From Vulcanimicrobiota bacterium (GTDB lineage Bacteria; Vulcanimicrobiota; Vulcanimicrobiia; Vulcanimicrobiales; Vulcanimicrobiaceae), in the NCBI GenBank assembly GCA_003135555.1, contig PLCF01000011.1, positions 16,634-64,330 of the forward strand: a stretch of DNA of 47,697 nt, given 5' to 3'. Below, piece by piece: positions 1-8,222 of this stretch. A program made the translations under genes and the position numbers. Within the stretch, counting starts at the first letter, position 1. Each line of letters opens with the position of its first letter. The notes under the pieces were generated by a model. That model had not been told where the DNA came from, ran no database searches, and was given only the letters and a program-made list of their open reading frames with translations.

Positions 1-291
1 GATGCGGCAGACTATGCTCGCTCGAAGGTCCGCCAAGGGTGTGGCTCGATAGGGTACGTGTATACCTGCCAGCTCAAATTGATGAAGGTTGCCTCCCTCG
101 AGAACGAGCAGGGTATCTTTGCGCTATCGTCATCAACGCTCGATTCTGTCAAACGGCTACGAATCGGCAGTGAACTGCTGCGCGCAGATGGATTTGACGG
201 GATCTATAACGATTGCGACGGGAGTTGGGGTCCCGAAGTCGCCGTGCTTAAGTCCGAATGCGTCTCGATAGTGAGCCGACGCCAGGTATGA
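1..291 (+). CDS. 3' part of a putative ADP-ribosyltransferase-fold (ART-PolyVal-like) protein, truncated by window start
   Basis: Frame 1 is open from base 1: DAADYA...GYVYTCQL...LRADGFDGI...PEVAVL. This matches the remembered 'A..YA / G.VY / GYDGI / E.AVF' pattern of ART-like domains. Confidence 0.45.
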   Translation, partial: DAADYARSKVRQGCGSIGYVYTCQLKLMKVASLENEQGIFALSSSTLDSVKRLRIGSELLRADGFDGIYNDCDGSWGPEVAVLKSECVSIVSRRQV

Positions 292-317
292 GTTACTGCG
301 GGACTATTGGGGCCGTC

Positions 318-692
318 TCAATTGATACGCCACGCGTCGATGTACCGATGCACGTCTGCGAGATCACCGAGGCTTCCGGCGAGCATGCGATTGAGCGGGG
401 CAGCGTTGCCAAAATCCACATTCGGCCGGCGGACCCAGTCGTCGGCGAGGGGCGACTCCCCGAGAATCGCATGCAAACCACCGTAGATTCCGATCACGTG
501 CGAAAGGCGCTCTACCTGATCGCGCGTCAAGTCAGCAACGGCTGCATCAAGCTGCCAGTGATCGATGGACTGCTCGCTGGCCGCGAGGAGCGTAGCGCGC
601 TGTCCTCGGTCAAGACGCCACGAGTCGGCGATGCGGAAGAAGCCCCGGAGCGCCGACAGAGGTCTTGGATCGGACTGGGGTGGTGCAGGCAA
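318..692 (-). CDS. Antitoxin, Xre/MbcA/ParS (DUF2384) family
   Basis: Motifs FFRIADSWRL...ERLSHVIGIYGGLHAIL...WVRRPN..F....PL.RML.G...DL..V.RY.D; GGAG upstream of TTG start. Confidence 0.85.
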   Translation of the reverse strand: MPAPPQSDPRPLSALRGFFRIADSWRLDRGQRATLLAASEQSIDHWQLDAAVADLTRDQVERLSHVIGIYGGLHAILGESPLADDWVRRPNVDFGNAAPLNRMLAGSLGDLADVHRYIDAWRIN

Positions 693-1009
693 CGGCTTCG
701 GTCTCCAAAGGCTCGTGTCCCATTTGTAGCCCTTTTCGCAGCACGCGTCACGTTCGGCAGGGCGACGGCTCGGGGTGTAGGCTCTGGTCCTTTACGGACG
801 TCGAGCGAGCCGCCGCCCCGCAACAATGATAGAGCCCCGGAACGGGCGCCGCCAGTCACGGCCGCCGAAATTGGCACACGATGCCCGGGCGGCGCCATTG
901 CCCGCCCTGAGCGAGGCGGGATCAGGGAGTTCCTAAGAAGAGCAGTCGCTGCTGACCCCTCTGATGGCCAAGTCCGTGAGGTTGCGACGCAGGAATGGGT
1001 GACGCTTGA

Positions 1010-1288
1010 ATGAGTTCGCGGGATCATCTCTACGACGAAGTTGACCAACTGCTTAAGGCGGCTATGCGCAGCGTCACTCGTAAGCCGCGGCCTCTCGTAG
1101 GCGCCGAATGGTCACTGGGCTCGTATTCGGCAACACTCCGGTCATCGACGCCGGAGCCGTACTACGTTCGCCTCGACTTTAGGGGAGGAAACAGGGCGCC
1201 GATCCTATATCCCGAGGAGCCAAATCTGGCCGCCAAGATATCGCGCGTGATCTGCGATCACTTTGCCGACCCTGATAACACGACGTAG
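1010..1288 (+). CDS. Hypothetical protein
   Basis: 92-aa ATG ORF with protein-like composition; no recognisable family. Confidence 0.4.
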   Translation: MSSRDHLYDEVDQLLKAAMRSVTRKPRPLVGAEWSLGSYSATLRSSTPEPYYVRLDFRGGNRAPILYPEEPNLAAKISRVICDHFADPDNTT

Positions 1289-1486
1289 TCCCCAATCTGG
1301 CGTTATAAGGACCATGTCGCAGTGTGCAGCGATGAGTGGGAGACGTGGCGGCCTCGCTGGAGCCTCCAAGGCCCTACCGTCAACGTGCCGGCATTCAAGC
1401 CAGTTAGCCTCTAGAACGCCGCTCCCAGGCTTCACTATGCGATGGCCTTGCCCGATGCGCGCGTAGCTCCCGGCGCCGCACGCGAT

Positions 1487-1801
1487 TTACGGAAGAAAAA
1501 TCCCAACTATGCTTGCGTTCCACACGGAAGCGTCCGGGCTTCGAAGCGCATATTCCAAGACGCCATCGAAAGGGCGCTCGGCCTGGAATGCGATCTTGAT
1601 AGTTGCTGCGCTCGCGCCGACCCGTTCCTGTGCAACCCACACGTCCCCGTCTTCCGTAACGAGACGGATTCCCGCGTCTCCACTGACCCCTGCGACGATC
1701 TTCCAGTCTCCGACGGGGAAGGCACGCGGCGGCTCATCGCGTCGACGAAACCATCCCTCGCTCCGCAACAAGGGCGACGGTTCGCAGTCATCTCGTTTCA
1801 T
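1487..1801 (-). CDS. Hypothetical protein
   Basis: 104-aa ATG ORF co-oriented directly downstream of 1839-2054, with purine-rich upstream sequence. Confidence 0.4.
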   Translation of the reverse strand: MKRDDCEPSPLLRSEGWFRRRDEPPRAFPVGDWKIVAGVSGDAGIRLVTEDGDVWVAQERVGASAATIKIAFQAERPFDGVLEYALRSPDASVWNASIVGIFLP

Positions 1802-1838
1802 CTCGATCCCTTCACCGGTTTGCCGTAGTGTGGTGGCG

Positions 1839-2054
1839 CTAGATCCGCTTCACTGGGATGCCACGGTTCATCCCTTCCACATGCATGATGTAGCCGCCGC
1901 CGTCACGCACGATGGTGCACCTCGGGCGATAGGCGTAGTGATAGTGATACATGTACCGCGATTGCTGCCATGTCTGACCGTTCGTCAGTGCGTAAACGGA
2001 CTCGCCATCAGCACCCTCGAAATCAGACTCGATGCGACTGTGAATTTGCGACAT
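1839..2054 (-). CDS. Small conserved hypothetical beta-rich protein
   Basis: AGGAG RBS. SRIESDFEG.DGES.Y.L.NGQ.WQQ..Y.YHYHYAYRP resembles a remembered, widespread small uncharacterised domain. Confidence 0.7.
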   Translation of the reverse strand: MSQIHSRIESDFEGADGESVYALTNGQTWQQSRYMYHYHYAYRPRCTIVRDGGGYIMHVEGMNRGIPVKRI

Positions 2055-2085
2055 ATTGGCTTGGTAGGCTCCTATTTTTCGTTAA

Positions 2086-2553
2086 TTAGTCTCTATCCCA
2101 CTGCACGACGCGCAACCGCTCACGAGCCGGCGCCACAGCGCCGCGCCGATGCACGGCGCGAGCGAAGGCTACGGCGTCCAGAAATGAGTCGAAACCTGGA
2201 ATGAACCAGTCCTTCTCCGTGAGGTGGTCCAGCCAGTTGACGAGACCGCTCGTGTCGAGCACATCTCGCGCCGGAACGGAATAGCTGTAGTCACTGGCGG
2301 GGTGCTCCTCGCTACTGTCCTTGAAGCAGTCGTCACATGCCGCGACCCATTTCGTGTGGTCTGGTAGACACAGCACGCTTGTGACGTTGTGGTGCCCGCA
2401 CCATGACTCGTTCAGCGATCGTCGTGCTAACATTCTCGCTTCGAGGCGTCGAAGCAGCGCCACATGCTCGTCCATTCGGCGTTCGTACTCATCGGCTATG
2501 TTCATCGGAGCTCCAACCGCGATGTCTCGACCTGTCGTTCGCGATGATGGCAT
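2086..2553 (-). CDS. Hypothetical protein, possibly Zn-binding (start may be ~2502, MNIADEY)
   Basis: Start overlaps stop of the upstream HTH gene; Cys/His motifs (WCGHH, CDDC) and NWLDHLTEKDW. Confidence 0.55.
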   Translation of the reverse strand: MPSSRTTGRDIAVGAPMNIADEYERRMDEHVALLRRLEARMLARRSLNESWCGHHNVTSVLCLPDHTKWVAACDDCFKDSSEEHPASDYSYSVPARDVLDTSGLVNWLDHLTEKDWFIPGFDSFLDAVAFARAVHRRGAVAPARERLRVVQWDRD

Positions 2554-3212
2554 CAGAAGGGAATCTCCATTTCGTCATGTAGCAGCGCGGAGACGTTGTC
2601 GGGCACGTCGAGTTTCTGCGCCGCGCGCTGGCGCGACATCGACCGCGCGAAGTCGACACGCTGGTCTAGCGCGAGCGCGAGCAGGTCCGCCCGACGGGCC
2701 TCGGGGGCTAGCTCGTACGCGTGGAACAAGTCGTCGCCGAGAACCCGCCGGAGCCCGAGTTCCACGGCGCGATCGGTGAAGTCCGACTTTTTCGCCGGCG
2801 CGCTGCTCTTTGACGGGAAGAGGCGATGGTCGATGGCGCCCTGCGCCAGCAGCGTCTTCAGCGTATGCGCCGCGAGCGGCCGCTGATAGACCAAGCGCCG
2901 GCTCAGGAGTCGACCCTTGATGCTGCGGTCGCCGCGCAGGATAAAGCCGAGAGCGGCGAGACGTCGGAGCGCCCGGCTCACGACGATCGATGACTTGATG
3001 CCGAGGTCGTCGGCTATCTGCGCGACGGTCGGATACGCCACGCCGTTCCGATCGAAGACGCCGCATAGATAAGTGTAGACACAAAACTCCCTCGCGCTCA
3101 GCACTCGGTAAATGAACCTGCGCCACCAGACCGGGATGGCATAGTAGGGGGCCACGTCGACGTCCTTGATCCACTGGTTGCCTCGGTCGAAGACGAGCCG
3201 TTCGTTCGTCAC
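2553..3212 (-). CDS. Winged helix-turn-helix protein, phage/plasmid replication-initiator-like (HTH_36-like)
   Basis: LS.REFCVYTYLC....NGVAYPTVAQIADDLGIKS..VV.RAL.RL...GFI is the typical N-terminal motif of these proteins. Confidence 0.7.
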   Translation of the reverse strand: MTNERLVFDRGNQWIKDVDVAPYYAIPVWWRRFIYRVLSAREFCVYTYLCGVFDRNGVAYPTVAQIADDLGIKSSIVVSRALRRLAALGFILRGDRSIKGRLLSRRLVYQRPLAAHTLKTLLAQGAIDHRLFPSKSSAPAKKSDFTDRAVELGLRRVLGDDLFHAYELAPEARRADLLALALDQRVDFARSMSRQRAAQKLDVPDNVSALLHDEMEIPF

Positions 3213-3540
3213 GGTCTTTGTGTACCGGAATTAGGGCTGCGCGGAACTTTTGTGCACATTTCTACGGAGAGTTCTTAGTGTTGCTTATGCGCTTGCGCAT
3301 GCGTCGCACCTTTCGTGGCTTTGAAAGGATCGGCCTGCCGCGCATAGGCAGGAATCCAAGGAGCCTCGCCCCGAATGGGCCCCCTGAAGGGCGGGGCACC
3401 CCGCTCGGGAGGAGGTGGTCCCAGTCCCCGAACTGGCCGACGCCGCTGACGAACGCGTGATCGAGCGCCGCTTCCATTTGTCAGAGATTCGGCGCCTTAC
3501 ATGGCAGGTCCGTCAGACTTTGGCGGGGCATCTGACGCCT

Positions 3541-4029
3541 ATGGCGAGGAAAAATGCGTCGGAGGCCTCGGTCTCCGTCTATCTGCGGATGCCGCGCACG
3601 GCGCGGAACACGCTCGATGAAATGGCGCGCCACCTCGGCATGAAGCCGTCGATTGTGACGAACGCGGTGTTTCGGTTCGTCACGCAGCCGGACTGGTTCC
3701 AGGGGTGGGACGACCACGTCAAGCATCTGCGCGCGATCGTCGCGCGCGAGGGCGACGGGATGAAGTTGTGCCTGCACGACTTCTCGATCGAGGAGTGGCA
3801 GGAGCGCCGCCGGACCTACGACTGGCTAGACAAGATGGGTCTGATCGAAGACTTCGGGTGGCGCCGCAGCATGAACCATTCGACGCGGATCATCTGCTCG
3901 TTCAACGTTTCGGACACGGGGCGTGTCATTGCGCTCATGTTCAAGGAGTCCGGCATCGCGGACCCCATCGAGCAGGACGAGCTGGACGAGGCCGCCGCGG
4001 ACACGGGGGCCGATTCGATGGCCTCCTAA
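3541..4029 (+). CDS. Putative DNA-binding regulator with N-terminal ribbon-helix-helix-like segment
   Basis: VSVYLRMPRTARNTLDEMARHLGMKPS pattern; divergent from the rep-like gene. Confidence 0.55.
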   Translation: MARKNASEASVSVYLRMPRTARNTLDEMARHLGMKPSIVTNAVFRFVTQPDWFQGWDDHVKHLRAIVAREGDGMKLCLHDFSIEEWQERRRTYDWLDKMGLIEDFGWRRSMNHSTRIICSFNVSDTGRVIALMFKESGIADPIEQDELDEAAADTGADSMAS

Positions 4030-4260
4030 GTAGCATTCCCGGCGCGGCGCTCCGGCTTCGCGCTGGGCTAGGGGAGGACAGCGACCCATCCCCGTGTGCC
4101 CTCAAAGGAACGCGAAAGCGGCGGCCAGTTTGAGTCCTGACACCGCCGCCTTCTGACCCCGCGAGCGCACATACCGAAGGGTGGCGCGTCCGCTTGGCAT
4201 TGAGTGTTTTCCCTCAATCCGGCTGGCGCTCCCCCTCCGGTGTCGCACATTTACCGCGGC

Positions 4261-4291
4261 CCCTCCACAGGGTGTCCACAGGTAATCCACA
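4261..4291 (+). repeat. Three TCCACA direct repeats at 11-bp period (DnaA-box-like)
   Basis: ccctccaca / gtgtccaca / taatccaca; TCCACA at 4264, 4275, 4286. Confidence 0.5.
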
Positions 4292-4307
4292 CCGGGAGCA
4301 CATCTCA

Positions 4308-4496
4308 GTGAAACCATTGAAACCAGGCCAGACGGCGCCGCGCAGCGGCGAGTACCAGATCATCGGCCCGCGCGGCGGGCAGACCAATGTGGAGCGTACC
4401 GTCGTTCGCGGCGAGCCGCTCCCGCCGACCCCGTCGAAGGGGTCCGGCTACGTCCTCTCCCGCCCCGCGAAGAACGGGGCGGGCCGCGGGAAGTAG
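4308..4496 (+). CDS. YjzC family small protein
   Basis: KPGQTAPRSGEYQIIGPRGG...ERTVVRGEPLPPTP; GGGAG RBS before GTG at 4308. Confidence 0.8.
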   Translation: MKPLKPGQTAPRSGEYQIIGPRGGQTNVERTVVRGEPLPPTPSKGSGYVLSRPAKNGAGRGK

Positions 4497-4498
4497 CC

Positions 4499-4738
4499 GT
4501 GGCGCTCTACAAGGACACCGCGCACGTCAAGGTTAGCAACGACGCGGACTTCGACGCCATCCACACACCCGGCTCAGCGACCCCCTTCTCGGGGATTTAC
4601 CGCTGCACGGGCTGCGGTAAAGAGGACGCCTCCGAGCAGGGGAAGCCCTTGCCTCCGCAGAGCCACCACGTCCACGCGACATCGCAACCGCCGATCCGGT
4701 GGAAGTTGCTTGTGTTCGCTCAGCACAAGGGCTCCTAG
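4499..4738 (+). CDS. 'Protein L'/YjzC-related small Zn-binding protein
   Basis: MALYK....FD.IH.PG...PFSGIYRC.GCG.E..S..G.PLPPQ.HH.H...I.W.L.V motif; starts 2 bp after yjzC-like gene. Confidence 0.75.
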   Translation: MALYKDTAHVKVSNDADFDAIHTPGSATPFSGIYRCTGCGKEDASEQGKPLPPQSHHVHATSQPPIRWKLLVFAQHKGS

Positions 4739-4888
4739 GGCTGCCCGAGAGCGCTCGCGTGACCGGGTTGGGTGCCGGTCGCGCGGCTCTCCAGACGTCG
4801 GCGAGCTGGCACTGGGGTGGTGGGCCAGCGGCACTGCACCCCCGGCTGCCGTTCAACGCCGAACCAGGAGGCGTACGGTCTTCGACCG

Positions 4889-6145
4889 TTAGGCCGACGT
4901 TGGACAGATGCCCGAGACGTTTACAATCGTCGGGGCAACGTTCTGGTACTGTCGCTTGCGCACGCCGGTGAACTCGACGCTCACGCCGCCTTTTACCGCT
5001 TCCAGATCGAGCCGCGAGATGCGTTCGACAGTCTGCGATGCTTGGAGCAAAAGGACGCACGTGAGTCGGGCGATCACCAGGATCTCGTCGTCAAGAACGG
5101 CTGCCGAGCGCACGAGCGGGGGAATCGGCGAGCCGGTGACCGCTATCGACGAGCCAATGCGGCCGCTCACGAACGAGTCGAACGTCATGTCGTTGAGCTT
5201 GTCCACGAGGCCGCCCGGCCCGGAGCGGGACGTCAGTTTCTCATCTAGCAATACTCGACGTGCACGAAGGACCGCGATTTCATCCGCCGAGACGCCGTTG
5301 TACGACATCTCCATCGGATAGCCAGACGGCTCGTCTTCAATAACATCTACCGCGACGAGGTCCTGCCCGTCCTTCAGGTACTCACGAAACCCACGAACGG
5401 CCGCACGCATTGCAGTCAGATTATAGGCAATGCCGATTTGCTTGCGGGAATGTTGAAGCACTCCCAAGGCCGACGCCTCGTCGGTGCTGCGCGGCGCGAG
5501 CACCACCTTGAGCGCCTTCCCCTCGCGCGAGAAATCGACGAGCGGCGCGACGATACCGCCGTCGTCGCCGAGATCGAAGAACGCCAATCGCGGCACTGAC
5601 GAGGAATTCGAAGATGCAGGGCTCGCGGTCGCGGAGGAAGGCGAGACCGAGGGCATCGGCCGCACCGCGCCCAGCGGCGGTTTCACGTACGCCAGCTGAT
5701 CGGTGAGCACGCGGTACAGGTCGTCGTAGTCAGGAGGCAGCACAAAACGTGTCTCATCCTTCAAGAACTCCGGAATCCACTTCACGTCCTGAGGGTCGAA
5801 GACGATCGGGATGACCCCGTGCTCTAAACCTTGGGCCTCGAGCACACGTCGGCTGAGCATCCCGCTTTCGAAGGTAGCCCCCTGACCAACACCTGGCTTC
5901 TCCTCGAGGTGGTACCGCCGATAGTACGGCTCAGAGCACACGACCAGTACAACGTCCGTCCCGGTCATCTTCTCGGCCATCCAACGCGACCACCCACCCG
6001 CCGGCCGGGGTTCGAACAGATCCAGTGCGCACGGAACGCCTTCGCTAATCAGCCGGTGCGCGAGGGCGAACACCTCCGCGTCGTGCGGGCCACGAACATA
6101 GCTGATGACGGTGGAATGCGGAGCCGAGCGCCGAGCCATGACCAT
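4889..6145 (-). CDS. SEFIR/TIR-domain protein with uncharacterised C-terminal domain
   Basis: N-terminus ISY...H...V..LA.RL...GV...LD.FE..P..GW.RWM...D.VLVVCS..YY.R...G.GA.FE is SEFIR-like. A Ser/Pro linker precedes a ~230-aa second domain. GGAG before ATG 6145. Confidence 0.8.
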   Translation of the reverse strand: MVMARRSAPHSTVISYVRGPHDAEVFALAHRLISEGVPCALDLFEPRPAGGWSRWMAEKMTGTDVVLVVCSEPYYRRYHLEEKPGVGQGATFESGMLSRRVLEAQGLEHGVIPIVFDPQDVKWIPEFLKDETRFVLPPDYDDLYRVLTDQLAYVKPPLGAVRPMPSVSPSSATASPASSNSSSVPRLAFFDLGDDGGIVAPLVDFSREGKALKVVLAPRSTDEASALGVLQHSRKQIGIAYNLTAMRAAVRGFREYLKDGQDLVAVDVIEDEPSGYPMEMSYNGVSADEIAVLRARRVLLDEKLTSRSGPGGLVDKLNDMTFDSFVSGRIGSSIAVTGSPIPPLVRSAAVLDDEILVIARLTCVLLLQASQTVERISRLDLEAVKGGVSVEFTGVRKRQYQNVAPTIVNVSGICPTSA

Positions 6146-6753
6146 CGCTCCGCCGGGACCGGCGGCGATTCCTTGACAGCTGTGCCGAAGAGAGCCATGC
6201 AAAGCGGAATTCGTTGCGAGCTGGTGAGCTAATTTCTAAAGAAAAGCCCTGGTGATGGTGCCGACCATGGTTGGCGTAGACGAGCGCGCCGGCGTGCAGC
6301 CGACCAGTAGACGTTCGCACGGACCGCGTTCCACCGTCATGTTCTCGAGCTCGTACAAGGCGCTGTAGTTCACCGTGGCCTAGCGAACCGTCAGCTCTTG
6401 TGAGGGTTCGTCAGCAAAATTGGAGCCTTGCCAGCACGCCGACAGCGAGGATCGCGGCCAGGCGCTCCGATGTTCACAATGCTCCCCGCACTGCGCAAGG
6501 TCGAGGCCAAATTCACCATCGGAAGGCGCGGCCGAAAATCGACCCGGCCGGCACGGCAACCTTGCCGACGCCGCCCGCCGCCGTTACCGCCGGCTCCCCG
6601 GAGTAGCGAAAAATCAGACGCGGGTTCCAAACACTGGCCCCTGTTGTGCGGCGAACGCTGCGCTAGTTCTGGAACCACGTCATGCGCGGCGAAAGTCGTA
6701 CGTTGGTTCCCTAATACGCGCTGCTCGCTCCATGGTTGCCGAAGATGACGATC

Positions 6754-7533
6754 CTAACTGGCTGTCGCAAGGGCCCCCAAGCGGGACCGGCGACGGCCCT
6801 TCGTTTCGACTGTCGCCTCTCGCCAATTCGCGGGAGGCATCTGATCCCACGTCACTCCGTCGAGCTCCCGTCCCGTCCCGGCTTTATGCCACTGTTTGAA
6901 AAAGAACGGCACCCCGGCCGCGAGACAGCGGTCGCGGACGTCACGCACCCACGCTGCGTCCATTTGCCGGCGGCCAGCCCCGGATTCCCCGCCAACGATC
7001 ACCCAATCGATTCCCGTGAGATCGACGTGCTCAACTGGTCCGAGCATCGGCTCTACCGATAGGAATCGAACCTTAGCCTTGATTTCTCCGAGCATCGTAG
7101 CACGCCAAGCGTAGTCGGCGTTTTCGACACTGACGCCGAGCCAAATGTGTTGCGGCACGGTACGGGTTCCATAGCGCCGCTTGATGTAGCGACGCATGCG
7201 CTCTGGGCGCTTTGTGAGGACCTGGTATACATGCCGATCAACGCGCTCCATGACTTCAAAGACACGGTCGATATACTCGTCGGGAATCAGACGGTGAAAC
7301 AGGTCGCTCATGGAATTCACAAACACGAACTTGTGACCCGGCCATCCGTCGGGACGCGCAAGCATTTTCGCGCGCAGCATGACGTCGAATCCGTGCTCGA
7401 AATAGTGGCCTTTGGCACCGCGAAACCGTTCCGCAAACCGCAGCGCATAGCAGTTGTCGCAGCCCGGTGAGACGCGCTCACACCCACTCGTCGGGTTCCA
7501 CGTCTCGTTAGTCCACTCGATGGTGGTGCTCAC
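6754..7533 (-). CDS. DUF5131 / phage Gp37-Gp68 family three-Cys-motif protein
   Basis: TTIEWTNETWNPTSGCERVSPGCDNCYA, FVNSMSDLFH, LTKRPER, SVEPMLG, WVIVGGESG, FFFKQW; AGGAG before GTG 7533. Confidence 0.95.
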   Translation of the reverse strand: MSTTIEWTNETWNPTSGCERVSPGCDNCYALRFAERFRGAKGHYFEHGFDVMLRAKMLARPDGWPGHKFVFVNSMSDLFHRLIPDEYIDRVFEVMERVDRHVYQVLTKRPERMRRYIKRRYGTRTVPQHIWLGVSVENADYAWRATMLGEIKAKVRFLSVEPMLGPVEHVDLTGIDWVIVGGESGAGRRQMDAAWVRDVRDRCLAAGVPFFFKQWHKAGTGRELDGVTWDQMPPANWREATVETKGRRRSRLGALATAS

Positions 7534-7579
7534 AGCGTCTCCTTTTAGGGCTCTGAATCGAAGCCCCTTCGTTGCTCCC

Positions 7580-7608
7580 ATTATAGCAGGCACTTACATG
7601 TAAGTCCA
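7580..7608 (-). promoter_or_regulatory. Sigma70-type promoter of DUF5131 gene with a perfect 14-bp palindromic operator
   Basis: Minus strand TGGACT-17bp-TATAAT with extended TG; palindrome ACTTACATGTAAGT at 7592-7605 overlaps the spacer and -35. Confidence 0.65.
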
Positions 7609-7623
7609 CAAGAATATGCGGAT

Positions 7624-8151
7624 ATGCTAGACGAGCAGCTGGAGCTCTTCGAACGCTGGGCTCGCCGTCGTCGAAAGAGCGCGAATACCATCTCGCAGTA
7701 CTCGAGCCAACTTCGCTCGTTCGCAGAAAGACAAGTGCGGACGGATGACCTCTACGTCGTCACGCGCGAGCAGATCGAGGCTTACGTGCGTGCGATGTCG
7801 TCCAACCATATGCGGAGCCGGTTTCTATGCGCTGCTCATCTGTTTTTCAAGCACGCCTTAGGGGCTCACAAAGTGGACAGCGATCCGTCGGCCTACGTCC
7901 ACTTCGCTGTGATTCGGGTAAGCTATCCATCTGATGCTGAGATAATGAAGGTGCTCTCGACACACGGTGTGCGAAATCGGCGGCTCGGCATCGCTGATAT
8001 TTTAGCCATAGCGCGCGATGAACGGTGTCACGCTGAGCTGCGCGCGGCTGCGACGGCGTATCTCGAGGGAAAGCTCGGCGGGCGCAGCGCATTAAGATCG
8101 CTGCTCACGAATGCAGAGCTGCCGCTAGTTGCGCCGGCGGTAAATCGTTGA
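7624..8151 (+). CDS. Protein with tyrosine-recombinase N-terminal SAM-like (core-binding) domain but no catalytic domain
   Basis: F..W......S.NTI.QY...L..F...VTREQI.AY...R.L.A...FFK........DP pattern; only 175 aa with no R-H-x-x-R-Y set. Confidence 0.65.
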   Translation: MLDEQLELFERWARRRRKSANTISQYSSQLRSFAERQVRTDDLYVVTREQIEAYVRAMSSNHMRSRFLCAAHLFFKHALGAHKVDSDPSAYVHFAVIRVSYPSDAEIMKVLSTHGVRNRRLGIADILAIARDERCHAELRAAATAYLEGKLGGRSALRSLLTNAELPLVAPAVNR

Positions 8152-8222
8152 TCGAGGCCGGTCGTCGTTCAAGGCCGGCGGCTGCAGTATTGCGCGGCGC
8201 AGTCGGTAACGCTCCTCGCGAT

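Noticed and set aside
6200..6750. ORFs between SEFIR and DUF5131
   Set aside because: Low-complexity Arg/Pro-rich translations without RBS or motifs; may be non-coding or decayed.
7624..8151. Functional integrase of the island
   Set aside because: Only the N-terminal SAM-like domain is present; no catalytic R-H-x-x-R-Y residues.
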